Of a stretch of DNA of 64,000 nucleotides, positions 57,259-64,000 are shown piece by piece. Both the position numbers and the translations under genes were made by a program. Positions within the stretch are counted from its first letter, which is position 1; every line of letters begins with the position of its first letter. The stretch comes from Candidatus Marinacidobacterium sp. GTDB taxonomy: Bacteria > Acidobacteriota > Vicinamibacteria > Marinacidobacterales > Marinacidobacteraceae. Below the pieces are notes generated by a model. That model did no database searches. It was not told where the DNA came from and saw only the letters and a program-made list of their open reading frames with translations. The stretch covers positions 3,616,001 to 3,680,000 of the forward strand of contig OZ242011.1 in assembly GCA_965204755.1 (NCBI GenBank), given 5' to 3'.

Positions 57259-58578
57259 GTGCGCCTCCTCACCTTCACCGCCGGCGCCGGCGGGATGTAC
57301 TGCGGCAGTTGTATCCGGGACAACGCGCTGGCGCGGGAACTCCGGCGCCGGGGCCACCGACTGCGGCTCGTCCCGCTCTACCAGAACGCGCGCAGCGATG
57401 AAGAGAGCGTCGCGGAAAGCCGGGTGCGGCTCGGCGGCGTCCCGCTCTACCTCCAACATGCCGCGCCGCTGCTGGGGAAGATCCGCTGGCTGGACCCGCT
57501 GCTGGAGTCGTCGGCTTTGGTCCGGCTCGCCGGCCGGCTGTCCTCCTCCACCGACCCGGCGAAACTCGGCCCGCTGACGATCACGACGCTGCTCGGGGAG
57601 CGGGGGCCGGCGCGGCGCGCGGTGCGGGCGCTCTGCGACTCGCTCGCCGGGGAAGAGTTCGACCTGGTCGTCCTGCCGAACTCCCTCCTGCTGGGGCTCG
57701 CGGCGCCGCTCGCGCGGGCGCTGGGCGCCCCGGTCGGGGTCACTTTCTCCGGCGAGGACCTGTTCCTCTCCCGACTCCCGGAGAACGACCGGGAGGCGGC
57801 GCTCGCCCTGATGCGGGAGGCCGCGCGGTCGGTGACCCGCTTCTTCGGCGTGACCGAATACCACGCCCGCGACCTGGCGGAGCAACTGGGAGTCTCCGGC
57901 GATCGGGTCTCCGTCGTCCGCCTCGGCGTGGATCCCGCCGGGTACCCGGACGCCGAACCGGAAGCGCCGGCGTCCGCGGGGGCCGCCGCCGGAGGGCCGG
58001 TGCGGATCGGCTTCTTCTCCCGGGTCGCGCCGGAGAAGGGACTCGACCGGCTGGCGAAGGCCGTCGCGGTGCTCGCCGGCGAGGAAGCGGCGCCGCCGCT
58101 CCGGCTGGCGGCCGCCGGCTGGATGAGCCCGGCGCAGCGCGGGTACCTGGAGTCCGTCCGCCGGCAACTGGCGGAGGAGGCGCCCGGCGTGGAGTTCGAG
58201 TACCGCGGCGAACTCGACCGCGCGGGGAAGATCGCTTTCCTGGCCGAGGCGGACCTGATCGCCATACCGGCGGCGTTTCCCGAACCGAAGGGGCTCGCCG
58301 CGATCGAGGCGATGATGGCGGGGACGCCGGTGGTCGTGCCCCGCGAGGGCGCCTACCCGGCCCTCCTCGACCGCACCGAGGGCGGCGCGCTGGCGCGTTC
58401 GACCTCCCCCGGGGATTTCGCCGCCGCGCTCGGCCAACTCGCGCTCCATCCGGAGCGGCGGCGGTCGGTCGGCGCCCGCGCCCGCCGGCGCGCGCGGGAG
58501 GAACACTCCCTCGCCCGGATGGCGGACGACGCCGAAGCGGCCTATGCCTTGGCTGCCGCCTCCCCCCGCGCCGCCTGA
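57259..58578 (+). CDS. Glycosyltransferase family 4 with N-terminal CxxC
   Basis: AGAGGMYCGSCIRD, RVAPEKG, EPKGLAAIEA. Confidence 0.9.
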   Translation: MRLLTFTAGAGGMYCGSCIRDNALARELRRRGHRLRLVPLYQNARSDEESVAESRVRLGGVPLYLQHAAPLLGKIRWLDPLLESSALVRLAGRLSSSTDPAKLGPLTITTLLGERGPARRAVRALCDSLAGEEFDLVVLPNSLLLGLAAPLARALGAPVGVTFSGEDLFLSRLPENDREAALALMREAARSVTRFFGVTEYHARDLAEQLGVSGDRVSVVRLGVDPAGYPDAEPEAPASAGAAAGGPVRIGFFSRVAPEKGLDRLAKAVAVLAGEEAAPPLRLAAAGWMSPAQRGYLESVRRQLAEEAPGVEFEYRGELDRAGKIAFLAEADLIAIPAAFPEPKGLAAIEAMMAGTPVVVPREGAYPALLDRTEGGALARSTSPGDFAAALGQLALHPERRRSVGARARRRAREEHSLARMADDAEAAYALAAASPRAA

Positions 58579-58616
58579 GCCGCTCCGGCGACCCGCTGCG
58601 CGATGATTCCCCGGGC

Positions 58617-59714
58617 ATGACGACGACGACCCCGGGCCCGGAGGCGGTGGCCGCCGCCCGTAACCGGCTCGACGAACAGGTGCGGGAGATCGTCCGCTGG
58701 CATTTCTCGGAAGGGACCGGAGCGCCGTTCTGGTTGGACTTTCGGGAGCGGCTGGACTTCGACCCGTTGACCGCGGTGCGCGGGTTCGCCGACCTCGACC
58801 GGTTTCCGCCGTTCGAGGACGAGTGGCTCCGCGGCGGGCCGGTGCGCCGGTGGGTGCCCCGGGGGTTCGGCGACCGGCCGATCTATGTGTTCGAAACCGG
58901 AGGCACGACCGGCGTGCCCAAGACGCGGACCGCGGTGGAGGACTTCCGCGTGGACTACGAACTGTTCAGCGGCGAACTCCCCGACGAGTACTTCCCGAAG
59001 GGCGCGAACTGGCTCATGCTCGGGCCTTCCGGGCCGCGCCGGCTCCGCCTCTCGGTGGAGCACCTGGCGCAGCACCGGGGCGGGATCTGTTTCTCGGTCG
59101 ATCTCGACCCGAGATGGGTGGTGAAGGTGATCCGGAAGGGCTGGAGCGAACACCTCGCCGCCTACCAGGACCACATCCTCGACCAGGCGATGACGGTCCT
59201 CGGCGCCGGCCACGACATCCGCTGCCTCTTCACCACGCCGAAGTTGCTCTCCATGCTGTGCCTGCGATTGGAGGAAGAGGGAACGACCCTTTCCCGGGCG
59301 GGAGTCCGCGGGGTGTTCTCCGGCGGGACCGAGTTGACCCCGCAGTGGACCCGCTTCGCGGTGGAGGAACTGCTCGACGGCGCCTACCTGTTCCCGACCT
59401 ACGGCAACACGCTGATGGGGCTCGCCCCGGCGCGCCCGGTGACCGCCGACGACGGCTACCGGGTCGCCTACTACCCGCCCCACCCCCGGGCGGTCCTCGA
59501 AGTGGTGGACCCGGAGACGGGAACGCCGGTGGACTACGGAGCGACGGGCCGGGTTCGACTCACCACCCTGACGCGCGAGTTCTTCGTGCCCCGGTTCCTC
59601 GAACGCGACGAGGGCGAGCGCGAGCCGCCGTGGGGCCGGTACGCCTTCGACGGCGTCAGCGGCGTCCGCCCCTTCAGCCGCCTGCCGGAACAGGCGACGG
59701 TCGGCGTGTACTGA
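58617..59714 (+). CDS. Short ANL-superfamily adenylating enzyme (EhpF/PaaK-like)
   Basis: ETGGTTGVPK P-loop, GGT, YGNTLMG, FLERD; lacks the usual C-terminal subdomain. Confidence 0.78.
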   Translation: MTTTTPGPEAVAAARNRLDEQVREIVRWHFSEGTGAPFWLDFRERLDFDPLTAVRGFADLDRFPPFEDEWLRGGPVRRWVPRGFGDRPIYVFETGGTTGVPKTRTAVEDFRVDYELFSGELPDEYFPKGANWLMLGPSGPRRLRLSVEHLAQHRGGICFSVDLDPRWVVKVIRKGWSEHLAAYQDHILDQAMTVLGAGHDIRCLFTTPKLLSMLCLRLEEEGTTLSRAGVRGVFSGGTELTPQWTRFAVEELLDGAYLFPTYGNTLMGLAPARPVTADDGYRVAYYPPHPRAVLEVVDPETGTPVDYGATGRVRLTTLTREFFVPRFLERDEGEREPPWGRYAFDGVSGVRPFSRLPEQATVGVY

Positions 59715-59868
59715 ATCGAATTCCGACGGGCCACCTGGCTGCGCGAGACGGTGGGGCCCTCCCGCGAGGACGGTTACGGCGCGAGGTATTGGAACCCAGG
59801 TTCCAGAACCGGGCCGATCGGGAACGGCTCTCGGCGGGCCACCCGGTGAGACGGGAACCATCCCGCAT

Positions 59869-60000
59869 CGGCGGGGGGAATCGCGCGGCGGCTCGCGCCG
59901 CCGGTCCGCGGGAAGGGCGCCCCGCCGGGAAACGCGACAGGGACTCGGCGTCCCCCGGTCGAGGAGCGGAGGGCGTGGTGCTTCTTCCACGGGCCGCTAG
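59869..60000. mobile_element. Partial MITE-like repeat, copy C (inverted relative to B)
   Basis: Aligns with the reverse complement of 43021-43152; ends TTCCACGGGCCGCTAG. Confidence 0.7.
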
Positions 60001-60015
60001 ACTCGCCCCGCCGTC

Positions 60016-61443
60016 TTGATCCGCGTTCCCGCGCTCCGCTGGGGCAAGCAGTATCGGAGCCTCGAGACCGTCGAACTCCGCCACTTCCTCACCGGGGCGC
60101 CGGTGGCGGAGGTGGATCAGGTGAACGCGGCTCTGGTGGCCCGGGACTTCCGCCGGGGCGCGGCGCGGGCGCGGGCGGCGCTTCGGGAAATCCCGGCGCC
60201 GGCGATGCTGGAGATGGCGCGGCGGGCCGGACGACTGTTCGCGGAAGAGGAGTTGCCGGTCGGCGAAGACCGCCAGGGCCCGGAGGACTTCGTGCGCGCC
60301 CAGTCCGCATCCACCGGGCTCCCCGAATCGCTGTGCCGGGCGAACCTGGAGAAGAACCGCCGGGTGCTGGACGACATGGAGTCGGTCCTGGACGCGCTCA
60401 CCCGCGGCCTCGACCTCGACCTGTTCGCGCGCGGTTACGGGGTGGAAGAGCGCGGCGTGCCGCTCTCCTACCAGGCGCAAACTCCCGCCCTGGGGCTGGT
60501 CCTCCCGTCCAACTCGCCGGGCGTCCACACCCTCTGGCTGCCGGTCCTCCCGCTGCGGATCGGCCTCGCGCTGAAACCCGGCGCCCAGGAGCCCTGGACG
60601 CCGTACCGGATGGCGGAAGCGTTCTTCGCCGCCGGGATTCCCCGGGAGGCGATCTCGCTCTACTGCGGGCCCCGCGAGGTGGCGCAGGCGGTGCTCGAGG
60701 CGGCGCCCCGTTGCCTGGTCTTCGGGGGAGAGCCGACGGTGGCGAAGTACCGCGGGGACCCGTCGGTCCGGGTGTACGGCGCGGGGAGGTCCAAGATCTT
60801 CTTCGGCGATGACGCGGTGGACCGCTGGGAGGACCATCTCGATCTCATGGTCGAGAGCGTGTTCGCGAACGCCGGGCGCAGTTGCATCAACTGCTCGGGC
60901 ATCTGGGCTTCGAGGCGGACGGACGAGATCGCCGCCGCGCTGGCGGAGCGTCTCGGCCCGATCGCTCCGCTGCCGCCGGAGGAGCCGGAGAGCGCGCTGG
61001 CGGCGTTCACGATTCCCGGCGCGGCGGCGGCCATAGACGCGGACATCGAGGGACGGCTCTCCGCCGACGGATCGGTGGACCGGGCGGCGGCGCTCCGGGG
61101 CGGCCCGCGTCTCGTCGAGTCGGAGCGGGAAGCCGCCTGGCTCCGGCCCACCGTGGTCGAGTGCAGCGGGCCGGACGCCGCAGCGGCGAACCTGGAATAC
61201 ATGTTCCCGTTCGTGTCCGTGGTGCGCTGTCCGCAGGAACGAATGATCCGCGAAGCCGGGCGCACCTTGGTGGGAACCGCCATCACCGACGATCCGGCTT
61301 TCCGGGCGGAACTCCTGGACGCGACGAACATAGACCGGCTGAACCTCGGGCCGGTCCCCACCAACCGGGTGGACTGGCGCCAGCCGCACGAAGGGAACCT
61401 GCTCGACCATCTCTACCGCGCCCGCGCCTTCCAGGCCGCCTGA
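60016..61443 (+). CDS. Aldehyde dehydrogenase / acyl-reductase-like protein
   Basis: PSNSP, LKPG, FGG, NAGRSCINCS (catalytic Cys), EYMFP. Confidence 0.88.
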   Translation: MIRVPALRWGKQYRSLETVELRHFLTGAPVAEVDQVNAALVARDFRRGAARARAALREIPAPAMLEMARRAGRLFAEEELPVGEDRQGPEDFVRAQSASTGLPESLCRANLEKNRRVLDDMESVLDALTRGLDLDLFARGYGVEERGVPLSYQAQTPALGLVLPSNSPGVHTLWLPVLPLRIGLALKPGAQEPWTPYRMAEAFFAAGIPREAISLYCGPREVAQAVLEAAPRCLVFGGEPTVAKYRGDPSVRVYGAGRSKIFFGDDAVDRWEDHLDLMVESVFANAGRSCINCSGIWASRRTDEIAAALAERLGPIAPLPPEEPESALAAFTIPGAAAAIDADIEGRLSADGSVDRAAALRGGPRLVESEREAAWLRPTVVECSGPDAAAANLEYMFPFVSVVRCPQERMIREAGRTLVGTAITDDPAFRAELLDATNIDRLNLGPVPTNRVDWRQPHEGNLLDHLYRARAFQAA

Positions 61444-61497
61444 CCGCCCGTGGAGAAAGCGCCCGGCGCTCCCCGGACTTTCGCCGCGAACCGCTGA
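61440..61497. mobile_element. Minimal two-TIR derivative of the MITE, copy D
   Basis: CTGACCGCCCGTGGAGAAAGCGCCC...CCGGACTTTCGCCGCGAACCGCTGA matches both ends of copy B. Confidence 0.6.
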
Positions 61498-61502
61498 GCG
61501 GG

Positions 61503-62201
61503 ATGGAAACCGCCGCCGGGGCGTCCGACGGGCTCCGGGTTTCCGGGCTGGCGAAGGAGTACCCGTCGCCGGTCGGGCCGCTGGCGGTTCTCCGGGGAGT
61601 GGACCTCTCGCTGGGGCCCGGGGACGCCGCCTCGGTGATGGGGGTTTCCGGGAGCGGGAAGAGCACGCTCCTGTTCCTGTTGGGGGCGCTCGAATCCCCT
61701 TCGGCCGGTGAGGTGCGCCTCGACGGCGTGGACCCGCACGAGTTGCCGGCGGACCGGCAGGCGGCGTTTCGCCGGGACCGGGTCGGGTTCGTTTTCCAGG
61801 ACCACTGCCTGCTGCCGCAGTGCACCGCGCTCGAGAATGTGCTCGCCCCGACGCTTCCGGCGCCGCGCGCCGGGGACCGCGAACGGGCGGCGGCGCTGCT
61901 CGACCGGGTGGGGCTCGCCGCGCGGGCGGCCCACCTGCCGGCGGCGCTCTCCGGCGGGGAGAAACAGCGGGTGGCGCTCGCCCGGGCGCTGATCCGCCGG
62001 CCCGCGCTCCTGCTCTGCGACGAGCCCACCGGGAACCTCGACGGCGCGGCCGCCGCCGAAGTGGCCTCGCTGCTCCTCGAACCCGACGAGGCCGACCGCG
62101 GGAGGATCGCGGTGCTGGTGACGCACGACGGGGAACTCGCGGCGCGCTTCCCGAAGCGGTTCCGGATGGCGCGGGGACGACTCTCCCCCGCCGCGCCGTG
62201 A
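61503..62201 (+). CDS. ABC transporter ATP-binding protein (LolD/MacB-type)
   Basis: GVSGSGKST, LSGGEKQR, DEPTGNLD, VTHD. Confidence 0.93.
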   Translation: METAAGASDGLRVSGLAKEYPSPVGPLAVLRGVDLSLGPGDAASVMGVSGSGKSTLLFLLGALESPSAGEVRLDGVDPHELPADRQAAFRRDRVGFVFQDHCLLPQCTALENVLAPTLPAPRAGDRERAAALLDRVGLAARAAHLPAALSGGEKQRVALARALIRRPALLLCDEPTGNLDGAAAAEVASLLLEPDEADRGRIAVLVTHDGELAARFPKRFRMARGRLSPAAP

Positions 62202-64000
62202 GCCTCTTCCGGCTGGCGCTCCGGGGGCTTCGCCACTATCGGCGGGAGCACGCCTTCCTCGGCGCGGCGACGGCGGCCGCGGTCACGGTGCTGGTGGGCG
62301 CCCTCGTGGTGGGGGACTCCGTCCGGGGGAGCCTCCTCGCCGCGTTTACGGCGCGTCTCGGCGCGGTCGAGCACGCCGTCCTCGCTTCGTCCCCGTTCTC
62401 GGCCGACCCGGAAACCGGGCTCGCGGCGCGGCTGGGGATGGATCCGGGGTTCGCTCACCGGTTCGCCGCCGCGGCGCCCGTCCTCCGGCGGGCCGGGACG
62501 GCGTTCGGGCCGGACGGGGCCCCGACGCCGGTCACGGTCTATGGCGTGGATCGCCGCTTCTTCGCCTTCCACGCCGGCGGGTCGGGCGGCCGGCGCGATC
62601 CGGAGGGGGAGGGGACCGGGTCGGGGACGGCGTTCGGCGACGAGATCGGACCCGGCGCGGTTCGGCTCAGCCGGGGGCTCCGGGAGGAGTGGGGGGAGCG
62701 GGCGCCCGGCCCCGGGGAGCCGCTGCTGCTCTCCGTCGAGAGCGACGCGGCGATCGCGGCCGCGTCGTTGTTCGGGGACAAGGAAGAGGTAGCGGCCGCG
62801 CTGCGCCGGACCGTGGAAGCGTGGCCGGCGCCGGCGCCGGGCCCCGGGGAGGGGGACTTCGAAGTCTTCCCCCGGCCCGGGCCGGTGCGGGCGGTGTTCC
62901 TTCCGCTCGACGAACTCGCCCGCGCCGGAAACGGGGATCGGGGAGCCCGGGGCGGCGGCGCGAACACGCTGCTGCTCCGACGCCGAAGTCCGGACGCCGC
63001 TCCGACCGCGCCCGACGAGCCGTCGGACTCCGCGGTGTTCGCTTCCGCCCTCGCCGCTTCGGCGGAACCGGGCGACTTCGGGTTGTCCCTGCGAGAGGCC
63101 GGCGACGGCTCCGGCGGGCGGGTGCTCGAGAGCCGCGGACTGGTCCTCGGAGAGCCGGTGGTGGAAGCCGCGACCCGGGCGGCGGAGGCCCTCGGCGCGG
63201 TCGCCGACCCGGTGCTGACCTGGCTCGCGGAGACGCTGTCTTCCGAAGGGCGGGAGACGCCGTACTCGCTGGTCTCCGGCCTTCCGGAGCGTCTTCTGCC
63301 GGAAGGGCCGGGGAGTTTCTTTCCCGGCGCCTGGCTTGCCGAGGACCTGGGATTGACGCCTGGCCTCCCGGTGGAGGCGGAGTTCCTCGCGTGGGAATCC
63401 GCCGGACGCTACGGCTCGCGCCGGGAGGCGTTCCTCTCGGGGGCGCCGCTCGACCCGGACGGGCTCGCCGGCGACCCGACCTTGTCACCGGAGTACCCGG
63501 GGGTGACGGACTCGGCGAGCATGGGCGATTGGGCGCCACCGTTCCCGGTGGACCTGTCCCGGATCCGCGAAAAGGACGAGGACTACTGGGAGCGCCGCCG
63601 GACCCTTCCCAAGGCCTTCCTGCCGCTCGAAGCCGCGCGGCATCTCTCGGGAGTGGAACCCGGCGGCGCGACTTCCGTCCGCTTCAGCGCCGCGCCGGGG
63701 AGCGGCGCCGCGCCGCCGGCGGAAGACGCCCTGGCCGCCGCGCTCGTCGCCGCGCTCGATCCGGCGGCGTTCGGGCTGGGCCTCGTCCCGGTGCGGGAGC
63801 AGGGGACGGAGGCTTCGCGCGGCGCCACCGACTTCGGTCTCTACTTCCTCTACTTCTCCTTCTTCCTGCTCGCGTCGTCGCTCGTCCTGATCGTGCTCCT
63901 GTTCCGGCTCGGCATCGAACGCCGGCTCCCGCAGATCGGCCTGCTCCTCGCCTGCGGCTGGCCGAGGAAGCGGGTCACCTCGCTGTTGCTCGCCGAGGCG
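62198..64000 (+). CDS. Large FtsX/MacB-type ABC permease, 3' truncated
   Basis: Not in the ORF track. GTGA overlap with the ATPase stop; VSLFRLALRGLRHYRR...VLVGALVVGDSVRGSL, and near the end FGLYFLYFSFFLL...FRLGIERR...IGLLLACGW. Confidence 0.88.
   Translation, partial: MSLFRLALRGLRHYRREHAFLGAATAAAVTVLVGALVVGDSVRGSLLAAFTARLGAVEHAVLASSPFSADPETGLAARLGMDPGFAHRFAAAAPVLRRAGTAFGPDGAPTPVTVYGVDRRFFAFHAGGSGGRRDPEGEGTGSGTAFGDEIGPGAVRLSRGLREEWGERAPGPGEPLLLSVESDAAIAAASLFGDKEEVAAALRRTVEAWPAPAPGPGEGDFEVFPRPGPVRAVFLPLDELARAGNGDRGARGGGANTLLLRRRSPDAAPTAPDEPSDSAVFASALAASAEPGDFGLSLREAGDGSGGRVLESRGLVLGEPVVEAATRAAEALGAVADPVLTWLAETLSSEGRETPYSLVSGLPERLLPEGPGSFFPGAWLAEDLGLTPGLPVEAEFLAWESAGRYGSRREAFLSGAPLDPDGLAGDPTLSPEYPGVTDSASMGDWAPPFPVDLSRIREKDEDYWERRRTLPKAFLPLEAARHLSGVEPGGATSVRFSAAPGSGAAPPAEDALAAALVAALDPAAFGLGLVPVREQGTEASRGATDFGLYFLYFSFFLLASSLVLIVLLFRLGIERRLPQIGLLLACGWPRKRVTSLLLAEA

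Noticed and set aside
58617-61443. Bioluminescence (luxCE) or complete phenazine cluster
   Set aside because: No luxAB/luxD or phz core genes in the window; only the adenylase/reductase-like pair is present.

Overview
Very GC-rich (about 70-75% by eye) chromosomal window, most plausibly from an Acidobacteriota genome. A host-associated, sponge-symbiont-like lifestyle is inferred from spondin, TPR, CRTAC1, Uma2 and sulfotransferase content. Left end (minus strand): start of a class I DISARM-like defence locus, with drmD (SNF2 helicase), an interposed AAA-ATPase/PD-(D/E)xK gene and the 5' end of a probable drmMI methylase. Next: a Tat molybdo-oxidoreductase, a TonB-dependent receptor, a TonB_C-DUF1326 fusion the ORF track only half shows, a TPR/DUF1028/CRTAC1 operon, modABC and a triple-RidA lipoprotein. 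Middle: lysA, ligA, amidase, fabI, leuA-like, tandem Uma2 nucleases (one frameshifted), several exported peptidases and a sulfatase-like/GT4/CDP-alcohol phosphotransferase group. Right: arylsulfotransferase, TrkA-USP, two spondin lipoproteins, GGT, and a GT4/EhpF-like adenylase/ALDH/ABC exporter cluster running off the end. Non-coding signals: a four-copy MITE-like family with terminal inverted repeats, several leaderless -10 promoters, and strong apparent depletion of AGCT and ACGT. No rRNA, tRNA, CRISPR array or transposase was seen. All family calls come from motif recognition by eye, not database searches.
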